NCBI RefSeq assembly: GCF_036321535.1
Contig: NC_087437.1
Location: forward strand, 3,038,001-3,102,000
DNA length: 64,000 bases
From: Camelus dromedarius
Lineage: Eukaryota
Reading direction: 5' to 3'
Shown here: piece by piece, positions 37,130-50,008 of the stretch
Layout: the number at the start of each line of letters is the position of its first letter
How positions within the stretch are numbered: position 1 is the stretch's first letter
Translations under genes and position numbers: made by a program
Notes under the pieces: model-generated
Told to the model about the DNA's origin: nothing
The model's input: only the letters and a program-made list of their open reading frames with translations
The model's database searches: none

Positions 37130-37280
37130 ACTGTAAATATTTACTTATGTATTTATTTGTCTGTGAGCTCCTTGTAGGTAGTGGGCCTGCCTTTTCATCT
37201 TTGTACTTCCCAGTACCCAGCATGGTTCCCAGCACATACTTGAAGTGTTCGATTAATATTTTATGAATAAATGAATGAGA
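37130..37280 (+). mobile_element. LINE-2 3' end
   Basis: tgtgagctccttgtaggtagtgggcc...cccagcatggttcccagcacatacttgaagtgttcgattaatattttatgaataaatgaatga. Confidence 0.7.
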
Positions 37281-37992
37281 TATAATAAACACTCTTGAGC
37301 TATTGGCATGAAGGGACACAAATAGAACTAGAAACTTAACCAGATCTTAACGTATTCAAGAGGAGGCAGGGTATCATTATGGACCATATCCTGAACTCTA
37401 GAGTTAAAAAAAAATCTGATTGAAACCTGGCCCCTTCATTTTTTTGGTTATGTGATCTAGCAATGCACATAGCTTTTCTGAACCTCAGTTTTCTCCTCTG
37501 TGAAACTGAAACAGCATTGAGTTACCTTTCGTAGCCATTGAAAGGAGAATATGTGATAGTGTAACGGGCAGTGGGGACCATGGTGCTAGTCACTTGAGTA
37601 TCCAGAACACTTGCTGTCGCCGGCATCCTCGTTGCTTTATGGTTCTACACTGGGCATTTGTTTCTCTGGGCTGTGTCTACCCATACCGGAGCCTGCGGAT
37701 TTTCCTGTGCTCAGATTCCCCTCATGCTCGGTGAGGACTGGATACCCAGAGAACTCCCAGTGGTATGTGTCAGAGCGCCTCCTCATCTAATAATGTCTCA
37801 TAAACGCCCTGCCCAGGTGCCCAGACCTGATCAGTCCAACCAGTATCTCCTCCTGCTGCCCAGGGACTCCTGAAGTTTCTCTGTGCTTGTGGGAGACTTT
37901 CTATCCTTGTCAGACTCCTCCAGAAAACATCCATTTCTGACGTCGTTACACAAAAGCTATCCCACCTTGCACTCTGGTCCCCTAGAGATCTC

Positions 37993-38027
37993 AGAGAGAG
38001 AGAGAGAGAGAATGAGTGTGTGTGTGT
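37993..38027 (+). repeat. (GA)n-(GT)n compound microsatellite
   Basis: agagagagagagagagagaatgagtgtgtgtgtgt. Confidence 0.85.
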
Positions 38028-38818
38028 CCAAGTGAGAACACTGACAAGTGGGTACACCTCCTTCCACACCTGCTGTGGCTTTGCTCTTCCTCTAAGCATT
38101 TCTGCATGTCTCCGTGGGCTTGCCATATGACCTATCTCTGAGACAGATAGATGTTATCCTCCAGGATATCCTCTTTTCCAAGCAGTCCTCTTTCCATTCC
38201 CCCAGTCACGCCCAATTTGCATAATACTTCTACCTCAATTCTTATCTCCCATTTGTTTCCATCCACAGCTGCCCTCCAAGACCATTTGCCCCAATGCTAT
38301 GCGATGGTCCACCACTCTGAAAGTTTTTGTAGAAACATTATTACATGTCAGATGGTAAGGTAATGCCACATCAGAAGTTCTAAGGAGAGCCTCCTTCCAG
38401 TATTTTCCTTAAATTGCCACTTCCCTCTGGAGCATTTGGACAGTAGCGCCGTTAATTAATCACTCTTTCTAGTGCTGTCTGTCCCTGTGCAGTGCCATGA
38501 CAGTCACCACCCATCTGCGGGCCCTGGCAAACGAAGAAATGCCTGTGGGCCAAACTTGGACCTGTTCCTTCCTTTCAGCACTTCTGCCTCCAGTGGGAAG
38601 TAGGTTTCTCTTACGAGAGTCCTGTTTGCATGAATTGCTTTGGGGTGAGGTCCTAGACATTGCATGCTATGTTGGAAAGCACTTTTGAGCAACACCATTC
38701 AGCTTTAGTCTTTAGGAGAAACAAAGGAAGAAGAAAGCTGGGAACAGTAGTTTAATGCAATATGTCCTGTACGTGATTGGTAGCCACCAATCACAGGTCG
38801 CTGTTTAAATTCAAGTTA

Positions 38819-39349
38819 GTGATGAGGGCTTACTTTCCAGAATACATAAATAGCTCATACAACCTAATAACAAAAAAACGAACAGCCCAATCCAAAAAAT
38901 GGGCAAAGTCTAAACAAGAAATTCTCCAGTGGAGAAATACAAATGGCCAGTAGGCACATGAAAAAATGCTCAGTATCACAAACTATCAGAGAAATCCAAA
39001 TGAAAACTGCAGTGAGGTATCACCTCATACCAGTCAGAATGGCCATCATTAAAAAGTCCACAAATGATAAATGTTGGAGAGGATGTGGAGAAAAGGGAAC
39101 CCTCCTACATTGTTGGTGGGAGTCTGGTTTGGTGTAGCCATTATGAAAAACAGTATGGAGATTCCTTAAAAAACTGAAAATAGAGTTGCCATATGATTCA
39201 GCAATCCCACTTCTGAGCATATATCTAGAGAAAAGCCTAATTCGGAAAGATACATACACTCCAATATTCACAGCAGCACTATTTACAATAGCCAATACAT
39301 CGAAGCAAGCTAAATGTCCATTGACAGATGAGTGGTTAAAGAAGTGTGG

Positions 39350-39381
<32 letters not shown>

Positions 39382-40421
39382 CAATGGGATACTACTCAGC
39401 CACAAAAAAGAATAAAATAATGCCATTTGCAGCAACATGGATAGACCTGGAGATCATCATTCTAAGTGAAGTAAGCCAGAAGGAAAAATACTGTATGATC
39501 ACTCATATGTAGAATTTTAAAAAAAGACACAAATGAACTTACTTACAAAACAGAAGTAGACTCACAGACATAGAAAACAAACTATAGTTACTAGGAAGGG
39601 AAGGGGGTGGGAAGGGATAAATAGGGAGTTCAAGATTTGCAGATACTTACTACTATGTATATAATAGATAAACAACAAGTTTCTTCTGTATAGCATGGGG
39701 AACTATATTCAATATCTTGTAGTAACCTATAATAGAAAAGAATATGAAAAGGAATATCTTTTTTTAACATTTTTTATTGATTTATAATCATTTTACAATG
39801 TTGTGTCAAATTCCAGTGTTCAGCACAATTTTTCAGTCATATATGGATGTATACACACTCATTGTCACATTTTTTTCTCTGTGAGCTACCATAACGTTTT
39901 GTGTATATTTCCCTGTGCTATGCAGTATAATCTTGTTTATCTATTCTACAATTTTGAAATCCCAGTCTATCCCTTCCCACCCTCCGCCCCCCTGGCAACC
40001 ACAAGTCTGTATTCTCTGTCTATGAGTCTATTTCTGTCCTGTATTTACGCTTTGTTTTTTGTTTGTTTGTTTGTTTGTTTTTTAGATTCCACATATAAGC
40101 GATCTCATATAGTATTTTTCTTTCTCTTTCTGGCTTACTTCACTTACAATGACATTCTCCAGGAGCATCCATGTTGCTGCAAATGGCATTATGTTGTCGG
40201 TTTTTATGGCTGAGTAGTATTCCATTGTATAAATATACCACATCTTCTTTATCCAGTCACCTGTTGATGGACATTTAGGCTGTTTCCATGTTTTGGCTAT
40301 TGTAAATAGTGCTGCGATGAAAAGGAACATCTGTATGTACATGTATGACTGAAACATGATGCTGTACACCAGAAATTGACACAGCATTGTAAGCTGACTA
40401 TACTTCAATTAAAAAAAAATA
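38819..40421 (+). mobile_element. 5'-truncated LINE-1 with 13-bp TSD
   Basis: ORF2 C-terminus (ORFs 38943..39137, 39186..39512), 3' UTR and poly(A); TSD taaattcaagtta at 38806-38818 and 40422-40434. Confidence 0.93.
39760..40316 (-). mobile_element. Younger L1 3' end inserted into the 3' UTR of the previous L1; 16-bp TSD
   Basis: TSD atgaaaaggaatatct (39744-39759) and atgaaaaggaacatct (40317-40332); ORF 40082..40408(-) [39 protein letters not shown]. Confidence 0.93.
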
Positions 40422-42939
40422 TAAATTCAAGTTAAAGTGTAATAAAATTAAACATTCATTTCCTCAGTTGCACTGGCCCCAGTTCAAGTGCTCAGTAGCC
40501 ACCTGTGCTACTGGTGGCCACTGTATTGAACCTTGTCGAAAAAGAACATTTCCATCATCACATGCTCTGCTGGGCAGCACTGCCTAGAGGCTGTATTCTG
40601 TTATCATGAGAGGCATTTCTTCTTATACTTGGTCATCCACTCAACCCCGTTTTCTTTCCCAAGGCACCCCGTACATGGTATGTCCTCTGCTAACTAAGCA
40701 GAAGCCTGTTAATGCTCGCATGTCATTCACAGCAGAAGTGAGTCTTAGGTGAGGGGTTGGAGCAGAACAGGACCCATACACAGACCCATTACCCTGCTTT
40801 TCCAAGGAAATTGGTTTGTCCTTTGTATGCTGTCTGTACTTTCTCCTGTTGAACATAAAAGTAACCGTGCTCCTTTTTGCTTTTAAATTTAGCTACATGT
40901 ATGAGACCAGAAGCACAAAATCTACTTTGTGAGCCCCTAGCTTCCTGGTAACATGACATTAGTGGAGGAATCCAATCTGTGATTATATTAAAAAGGGAAA
41001 ATGACTGAACAAAAGAAGACTGGGATTCGCTCTTTCTACTGGGTAAATTTAGTTGCCTGAGGAACAGGAGGAAATTATTTCAGTGCCAAAATAATAAAGC
41101 ATCATCTGAATTTGCTTTTTCTCTCTCATTCAGGAGCTGTAGTTGCCTGGGGTATGGTAGGAAAATGGGGGCTGTGATGGGGCACCAGGACAGTCACTCA
41201 TACAATTTCCTTTGATATTTTGTTCAAGTTTCACTTTTAAAAGTTTCGGTCAGCCTTTATAATTGCCCAGTTAAATTTATATATCCAGTTCTTCTCCTAA
41301 AAGTGGGTAACATTTGAGTGCTATAAAATTAATATGAATGTGATGCAATGGATATAATTGCTTTCTAGGAAAAAAATCTCATCTTCATGACTCATTATTA
41401 GAGACACAGATGTGAGCCCGGAAGTTCCTAGAACATCAATTTATTTATCTGATTGCTTGTGTACATTTTCCCAAGAAAGCTGTTTTCAGGAAATGGGATC
41501 TCTGCTGGATTATTTTCTTTTGGTCTCACCGTTGTCTCAAATTAGCTCCAGAAATGACTGAAATAATAATTTACTGCACTTGAGTAGTTTGGCATAGTAT
41601 ATTTCAGAAAAACGTTCAAGTCAGCATATTGTCAATTTTGAGTCTCACTCATTAGAACCGTGGCCTTTTGTGGTTCACGGGTTTTATCACCGGGTTTACC
41701 AGGTGTTGTAGCTTGGCTGTCTGGAACTCATCAGTGCTTGGTGATCAAAATCATCCAAGTGGGTGCACTGAGTTCCCAGACCCCTCGATGTGTTTGTGAG
41801 GCTCCCGGTACAAATAGAGTTCCAGGAGTGACATGGGCTGCCTGGAAGTAAGGGCGGAAAGGAAGTGAATTTTTACACTGCTAGACACAGCCTCACTAAT
41901 GCACACACTACGCCTTGGAGATTTCTGAAGATTGGAACAGGGCTGAAGTTTATCTTTGCATGATCTAGAAGGAAAGTGACTGTTAAGCTAATTAAGAGTG
42001 TAAATCATTTGAGAAGAAATTGCCAAAAACAGATTTTGGAACCCACCAAACCCAGGCTTTATTCCTGGCTGTCGCTTAGCTGCTGTGACCAAACCACCAT
42101 GAATCTCGCTTTTTATGTCTGTGAAATGGGGCTGCCAAGAACTTGTCTCAAGAATTCAGTGAAACACCATCTATGTACTCTGGTGTTAGTGTAGTTAGTG
42201 GCTGGGAAAACAAGCTGTTTTTAAAGATTTATAGAGCATTGTATGCTGGATGAAACTAAAAGTTTAAATATTCACAGCTTTTCTCCCTTTCCTGCTGTCT
42301 TGTGGAGACTCAGTGTCTGTCCGGCCAAAGCGGGAGCACAGGGGGCCTGAGCAGGGTTAGTAATGATTACAGTTGTGAAGGGAAAGAAACCCAGAGGGCA
42401 GATTAATTTTACACAATACAGGACTCTCTCCCGAGGAAGAGGAAAACATAATAAGTAATCTACAAGTTTAGAGGACAGAGAGAGAAGGGTGCTGGCGGTT
42501 TCGGGGACAAACTGGAAGAGGGAGGGAGGGGTGGGGCAGTGTGACTTTCTAGGGAACCAGGTGGGTCCAGAAAATGTGGGGAAGCGTAATGTGAGGTGAG
42601 CCCCAGTTGCCACTTTTATTGACAGTCTTCTTGAGTGGCTATCCCCTGGGGAGGCAGGTGGAGCAGAGGGATCAGGGCCTAAATTCTGGACCTGGAGTTC
42701 CAGGCTTGAACCCTCGTTCTGTCGCACTTGACTGATAGCGGTTTGAGTTCTCTAAGCTGCATCCGTCCTACGAAGGAGCATCCTGCCGGGACCTACCATA
42801 GGATTATCCTCACGGTCAGGGGAAAGGTTCTCCTGGGGTCTCGTGACTTACTGTAGTGTGCTTGGAGGACACTCCAAGCCTGGTAAACGTTACATGAACT
42901 CAGAGGTGTAATTTTTAAGAAGGACAGTAATAGTTTTCA

Positions 42940-43085
42940 TTATTCTTCTGAGGACTAATTCATTTAATTCTCAAGACAGCTTCACAAGGTAGGAGCTTTC
43001 ACGTGTGGTAAACTGAGGCTCAGAGGGTTCACGTACATCACCCAGAGTCTTAGGGAAGGAGCAGTAGAGCCTGGGTCAGCCTCAG
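42940..43085 (-). mobile_element. MIR SINE
   Basis: catttaattctcaagacagc...aaactgaggctcagagggttcacgtacatcaccc. Confidence 0.6.
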
Positions 43086-43193
43086 ATGCTCTGATTTAGA
43101 CCCATACTCTTGTCCTCTGTACCATCGGCATCTCGTGTGAGTGTCTGATCTTAAGATGAACCACTCTGGGGCAGTTATGCTTGGTTTGTACCC

Positions 43194-43357
43194 AGCAACT
43201 TTGCTGCTCAAAATGTGGTCCACAGGCCAGCAGGACCAGTGACCCCAGGGAGCAGAGTCTTAGCCACCCCCCGACCCCAGGCTCCTGAGACAGGAGCTCC
43301 ATCCCCACGGGCTCCCCGCATAACCCGTGGTCGGGTCCCAGTCTGAGAAGCACTGCT
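43194..43357. mobile_element. hAT-Charlie MITE (MER5-like)
   Basis: ctcaaaatgtggtccacaggccagcag ... agtctgagaagcactg termini. Confidence 0.7.
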
Positions 43358-45053
43358 TCGGGATGTGCACCTCTGGGCAGTGGACTGTCTTATGACAGCA
43401 CCCAGCATAGCACCTGTCATGGGAGAGGAGATTTACTCTTGGTCTAAAAGTTGATCAAGGAGCGTCGAATGGGAAGAAAGTCCCGAGGGAATAACACCCA
43501 GTTCTTGGCTGAGTGAATGGACCAAGGAAGCAAGCACAGAACAAGGCACATTGCAGACGCCCCGTCATGCTTCCTGAGTTGGGATGGGAATGTTGTGTGA
43601 TGGAGATGTCGCACACCAGCCTTCTCTGAATGTGCTGCGACATTGGAAAAGGCCGGACGATGACAAAGCAGGCAGAACAGTGACGGTGTACTCTTAAACA
43701 GAGTTGTGAGATGCACTCCGCTCAGTTGGTTCCCCTGTGACCGCGAGCTCATTCTCTTCCCTCTTGAGCTCGATTGTCTTGGCTTTGTTTGCAACTCATT
43801 CAGAAACTAATTAAGTTTCTGAATCAGTTTGTCCTGTTGGAGAGTCTGGATATGCTGAAGTGGTGGTTTTGCTTTTTTTTTTTTTTTATAATAAATTATC
43901 TGAGTGTAAGGACAATGATAATTTGCTTCTAAAATTGGCCAAAAGTCAGCTTTCATTGAAATAATTCTCTACAGACATTAGTCTCTGTAAAACCAGGGGA
44001 TTGTAATGGAAGTCAACAAAGAGGAATTCAATAGGCCATGGAAAACCTATTGATAATCTGGCCATATTAATCCTGTCCTCCTGCAGACTGTGAAATTACT
44101 TGTTTACTCCGCTTATCTGGGGCCGGAGGTAGCAGATCCCTCGCTGACAGAGCCGTGTTTTGTGATCACCTTGCAGCAGTGAGCTTCAGCTGGGCTGAGG
44201 CCAAACAATTCGTCTTCACTGGCCTGTGTACCACCTCCAAAGTCAAGGTCAGGACCGCTGCCACTTCTGGCAGCCAGAGGAACTCAGGATCTCCAATGTG
44301 TCCCCCTGATTAGGGTTTTCATTTGTGCAGGGACATGTACTGTACCCGTCCTCCCATGGGTGAGGGTCTGTGCTGGTTTCCTCACCTGTCTACAGATGTG
44401 ATCAAGGTGAAGACTGTCGGGCATGCAGCGAAGTGTAAGCAGTAGTCCCTGACCTGAAGGAGACAACCGTTGGGTGGGACAGACCCTGGGGATACCCTGC
44501 CCAGATCCCGTTAATCAGGTTAGTGCGCTCTTCCCCTAGTGCCCAGGGGTATGAGTGTTGGCTACGCGTGGTTCACGACTGCCCTTTAATGCTGTCAGCC
44601 AGCACAGGGAGGGACAAAACCTAAGTGGCTGTGTCTCCCCAACCCTCGCACAACTAACATGGGGTGGTAGGAGACTGGACCCCTTTCCACAAAGTGGGGT
44701 CAACCCAGAGTGCAGCTCATGTTCCTGGAACCGCAAGGGAGCTGGCCTCCTGCTGGGACCACCGCCCTGCCCCCTTCACTTCCTTTCTGTCCCCGCTCCA
44801 TCTGTCAGGTGCATCTGAACCCTCGTTTCAGCCTTTGCTTCTAGGATGGCCAACTTAAGACTTGACATGTAAGCCTGAAGGAGCTGAACGAGGAAACAGT
44901 ATCCCAGAGCCCATGCTGGCTGGAGCCTTGGCGATGGAGCTGCCTGACAGGACCCAGGTCGTGTGGGGACATGGCCTCTGCTGAGTAGGCCCAGAGGAGG
45001 AGCTGGGGAGGAACACACTAGTCTTTCTCTTTCCCTGGGTCTGCAGCACCAGC

Positions 45054-45343
45054 TGACTCAGTCCATCCGGGTTGGGGGGCTTACGGACAACAGAAATTCC
45101 CTGCTCACAGTTTGGATGATGGGAGTTGGAGACCAGAGTGCCAGCGTGGTGGGATGGGGGCCCTCTTCCCACTGTACCCGCGCGTGGCAGAAGGGCGTGG
45201 TGGGCTCTTTGGGGCCTCTATAATGAGAGCATTCATGGGAGCCCCCTCCTGACCTCATCACCTCCCAAAGGTTCCTCCTCCAGTATCACCACCTTCAGGG
45301 GTTCGGATTTCAACATACAGACACAAATATTCAGATCATAGCA
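45054..45343 (-). mobile_element. MaLR solo LTR (MLT1A-like)
   Basis: tgactcagtccat...ggcttacggacaacagaaatt...cacctcccaaagg...gatttcaacata...acacaaatattcagatcatagca. Confidence 0.8.
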
Positions 45344-45504
45344 ACAGGACTCCAGCCAGCACTGAGCTGTCAGAGTGGAGGTCAGCCTCTTTGGTCCCTA
45401 AGCAGGACAGGAAGGAAGGAAAATGGGTGGTGAAGGGAGGAATAAATAAGGACCAGCATGACAGCCTTGGACAGCTGGTGTTGCAGACCCAGGGGAGGGG
45501 GCCT

Positions 45505-45750
45505 GTATGTACGAGGGTTACTCATGGTGTTGCACTCCACGGGTTTGGACAAAGGTGTACGACCTGTATCCTAGTTTACAGTACCTCACAGAGTAGTTTC
45601 CCTGCACTAAAAATCCTCTGGGATCCACCCATTCCTCCCTCCCTGACCCCTGGCACCACTGATCTTGTTACTGGCTCCAGAAATGTGCCTTTTCCAGAGT
45701 GTCACAGAGTTGGGGTCCTATTATAGGTAGCCTTTTCAGACTGGCTCCTG
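45505..45750 (-). mobile_element. L1MC-type 3' UTR, upstream part (inverted)
   Basis: gtagtttccctgcactaaaaatcctctg...ccctggcaccactgatctt...gccttttccagagtgtca...gtagccttttcagactggct. Confidence 0.75.
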
Positions 45751-45861
45751 CTACCCACCCCTTTCAGACCCCCCGACTCCTTTCTGTAGAACACAAGCTT
45801 GGCCTGTAGAGTGGACATCCTCTCTAATGCCTAGTCTTAACTGTGAGGTGGAATGGAAAAA

Positions 45862-46050
45862 GGACTTTGGGTGATGATATGTCCATGCAGGTTCACCGAC
45901 TGTAACAAACGTCTACTCTGCAGAGAGATGCTGACAGTGGGGGAGAGTGTGCACGTTCGAGGAAGATGGCATACGGGATATTTGAATTTTCCTCTCAGTT
46001 TTCCTGTGAACCTGCAACTGCTCTAAGAAACTAAAGTCTTTAAGAAAAAG
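45862..46050 (+). mobile_element. L1MC-type 3' terminus
   Basis: ggactttgggtgatgatatgtccatgcaggttcaccgactgtaacaaacgt...tttcctgtgaacctgcaactgctctaagaaactaaagtct plus A/AG tail. Confidence 0.8.
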
Positions 46051-46859
46051 AGAGAGAGAGAGAAATGGGATGGACATGGCCAGGAGCCTGTAAGGACAGG
46101 GTCAGTTAGAAGAGATAGTGGTGCCTCCAGGGATAGGCGAGGCAGAGAGCGATGTGGATTCCCAGGAGCCAGTTGATGCACCGGGAGACACAGAATTCAG
46201 CCAAGACGCTTGAAGAATTGAAGAATAAGCTGCTCTTATCAAAAATCTGATAGAGAGTTGATAGCATTATTTCCAACTCTCTCTGACCCACAGCCATCCT
46301 CCTTCTAGTTCATTCCTTCTCTCTGTGCACCTTTCTATTAATTGCATTTCATGTATACTGTGTTCTTTGTTGCTGTAAGAATTGGTCTGCTCACAATCAG
46401 TAAAAAAACAGGAAGAGTAATTTATTAAGCTTTGTATTTATGATTTGTGCATTTTCTATTTATGAATACAGTTTATTTAAAAGTGAAAAGAATGATTCTG
46501 GATGGAGGTTGAAATAAATCAAGGATATTATCACATCCATTCACGGTTCCTTGGTAGATTCGAACAGTTCACAGATAAAGGTTTTGCATATGGTAGAAAT
46601 TAGCATAGGATGAAAGAAAACTGGCATTCCAGGCTGAGCTCTGCTGCTAGAATAATTGTGTGACATGGGCAAGGCGTCAGTCCTCTCTGAGCTCAGATTT
46701 TTCTCGTATGTAAAGGAACAAATGTCCCAAAGTCCCTATTAATATTCAGTATGATAGAGGATACAACAGCTCTCACCCTCCACTAATCCCACGACGCTTA
46801 CTGAAACGGAATCCCAACTCCTCCCCAACTGCTGATTCCCTTTCCCTGATATTTTAGAA

Positions 46860-47075
46860 CAGAGGTTGGGAAACATTCCCTGAAGAGGCCAGGGATTAAA
46901 CATTTCAGGCTTTGCCAACCCCTGGGTCTCTGCTGCAAGTACCCAGCACTACAGGTGTATTAAAGCAACCACACGAATTACGTAAAGGGATGGGCAGGCC
47001 TGTGTGCTGGTAAACCTTGTGTACCAAAGCTGGTGGGCTGGACTTTGCGTGCAGGCCCAGGTCTGTCCCCTTCTG
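46860..47075. mobile_element. hAT-Charlie MITE (MER58A-like)
   Basis: cagaggttgggaaac...aggccag...ttcaggctttgc...ggtgggctggactttg...cttctg, flanked by diverged 8-mers with central TAG (ttttagaa / ttctaggg). Confidence 0.75.
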
Positions 47076-47185
47076 TTCTAGGGAATAACTTTTTTGGCAA
47101 TCAGAGCAGTTTCCCCTCAGCATTTATAGGGAAAAACGTATGTTCACAGTAATTAGATAAATAGGGCACTAGAGAGTTGGAATGT

Positions 47186-47340
47186 GGAAGGAAGGAAGGA
47201 TGGAACCGAAGGAAGGATGAAAGGAAGGAAGGACAGATGGACAGAAGGAGGGAAGAAAGGAAGGATGGAAGTACGGAGGGAAGGAAGGGAGGAAGAAGAA
47301 AGATGGATGGAAGGGAGGACAGAAGGATGGACGGGCAGAG
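47186..47340 (+). repeat. Purine-rich (GGAA/GGAT/GGAC)n low-complexity repeat
   Basis: ggaaggaaggaaggatggaaccgaaggaaggatgaaaggaaggaaggacagatggacagaagg... Confidence 0.85.
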
Positions 47341-48518
47341 AACTTTGTGATGGAGCACTGGGAGAGGACTTCCAGTGACATCTGCCATGAGGCAGGGGAC
47401 TGTCAGATTGGAAAAGGCTGGCTTTGGCGTGGAGCTAGCTGCTGTGTTTGGAGCGAGCAGCTGGGGGGGTGTGTGTGTTGGGGGTGGGCACAGCTGTCAC
47501 CCTGTGAAAGAGGTGATCTAGCGCAGTATGATGCCAGGTCCCAAGGGGAAATTTGCGGATTATTTGTGGAGGAGGGGATGGAAGAGGAGGGCTTGTCCTC
47601 ATTTCATAGATGGAGAAACTCCACCATGCGGCTCCAGTGCCACTTTCTAGGGAATCTATAAGGGAATCTGAATTTCATGAGAAGGATCTTGAATTTCGCT
47701 CCTGAGAGAATTTGTTGATGTCCTTACAAGTCCCGTTCTCCTCAGAGAACGAGTGTTGGTGGGCTCTGGGGGTCCCTGTAGCCCTGCGCCTCCTTGATGC
47801 AAAGTGTTATTGAGAGTTGATGACTTGAAGGTGGGAAGGGGGCTCACAGCGCTCACCTGCGCGGGAATTGGAGCCCTGGTGCCCTGCCTCCCACCTGGTC
47901 GCGGGCTCTGATGCTCGATGCTCGCTCGCTCCATGCTTGATGTGGCGGCAGAGCCTGGAGGGAAGGTGAGAGTGAACTTACACACGGCAGCAGGAAGTCA
48001 GGCTCTGGTCTCTCTCCGAGCCTTGAGGAAGTGGGCCACTGTTTGGGGGAGGGAAGCTTGGACTGTGTCTTCAGGAAGGACAGTGTCCTTCTCTGTGCCA
48101 CCTTATAGAAGCAGAGCTGGATTTGGGGGGGAATCTTCAACACTTGGAATGTGATTAAATTGATGAACCAACAACTAAAATTTCATGCAAGCCATGCGCT
48201 TAATATAGAATGAGATTACAGTTTGCAGTCTCTTGCCCTAGTTCATTAATATTATTTCACAGACTTAAAAAAAAATCTGCTGTGCACATATATGCAAATC
48301 ATATCAAAATAGTGTTCTTAGCCGAGTGTGCTACACCTGCTGATTAGGTTTTTTGACTGTTGTTGTTGGTTTTGGTTTTTTTGGGGGGGAGGGTTGTTTG
48401 TTTCACTGGAATTGTGCCCCTAGGGTGGCAAGTGAGATAATTCAAATAGTGTTTGAAACTGTGGATTAAACCGTTTCCTGAAGGGCCATTGGGAGGCTTT
48501 TTCCTTTGATAGATACTG

Positions 48519-48859
<341 letters not shown>

Positions 48860-49014
48860 TGATCCCATTTCTGCTTGTATTGTGACGTTTTCGTGCTGTG
48901 GATATCTGGACATTGACCCTGAATTTGTTTGCTCATTGTAGACACAGTAGCCCCTGGGGCAGGGTGGGGGGCTGACAGGGGCCATCTCATACAGTGTTTA
49001 TTTTTTGGAGAACT

Positions 49015-49200
49015 TAGTATTAGCTAAACTTTATCGGGTGCTTATCAAGTCTCAGGCACTGTTCTAAGTGATTTATGTAAAACGACTCATTTCTTCCTCA
49101 CAGCAGTCTTGTGAGGAAACAGAAAGGTTAAGGATTTGCCCAGGATTGTTCCCTTTGTAGGTGGAAGATCTAATATTTGCACCGTAGCACCCAGGCCCCA
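49015..49200 (-). mobile_element. MIR SINE
   Basis: tttatcgggtgcttatcaagtctcaggcactgttctaagtg...gaaaggttaaggatttgcccagg. Confidence 0.65.
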
Positions 49201-49919
49201 GGGCCTGAGCTCTTCATTGCTGTTTTATACTCACGGTGGCCATGACTGTGGTCCTGGTGGTTTGCGTGGCAGTCTTACAGGTGGGATTCTGCAGCTGAGC
49301 TTTGTTCGCTTATTTAAAAGTTGAAACATATTGGACGAGGACTGGTTTTAAGTTTTGGGATTGTTGCTGTTGTTGTTCTAGTTTTGATTGCAGGTACCTG
49401 GTGTGAGGAAGCGATGTTTTTTAAGGGTCTGGTCTGGGGTGAATGGGGGAATGGGAAAGGGGGAGTGTGCAGCAGAAGAAGCAGGTATTATCATCTCTAA
49501 GGGAACTGGACATTCAGGGGCATTTGGCTGAGGGATTTGAAGCCATGCTGAGTAGAACAAGAGTAGACACCTACCTGGTATGGATCCCTGAGGACACTCT
49601 TGAGTGCTTCTCCCATCTGTCTGCAAGTAGCTGAAAGGTGCTCCCCTAGGGGCAAAGTCTTCCTCTCCACAGTGGAGAGAAGGCTTAGAAGACTTCACAG
49701 CTCGCGTGTTTCCTTACTGGCACACAAGTGATAAGAGCCATTTCTCTGGAAGGGAGGTTGGACAGACGTTGGTGAGCAGATGAAATTCAGGTGAGGCGGC
49801 ACTGTAACGTGCACGGAGCTGGAGGACAAATGGGCAGCCTGGGCTCTCAGTTTAACTTTGGGCTTATCCAGGACTTGTCCTGGAAATATAGAAGCAGTGA
49901 CAGCATCTTAATGTATAAT

Positions 49920-50008
49920 TTTTTTTTCTTTTAAATATTCTTTTAAATTTCTTCTAAATATTCTTTTAAATATTTTTTCTTTTAAATATTTTTTTCTTTT
50001 AAATATTT
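49920..50008 (+). repeat. AT-rich minisatellite, unit approximately (t)nCTTTTAAATA
   Basis: About six variants: cttttaaatatt, cttttaaattt, cttctaaatatt, cttttaaatatttttt, cttttaaatattttttt, cttttaaatattt. Confidence 0.8.

Larger units (their letters stand above)
38760..40582. mobile_element. hAT-Charlie MITE (MER3/MER33-like) split by nested L1s
   Basis: ggtagccaccaatcacaggtcgctgtttaaatt ... aaattaaacattcatttcctcagttgcactggccccagttcaagtgctcagtagccac...gggcagcactg. Confidence 0.7.

Noticed and set aside
47101..47388. ORFs rich in S/F/L/P or G/R/E/K
   Set aside because: Translations of the GGAA-type simple repeat.
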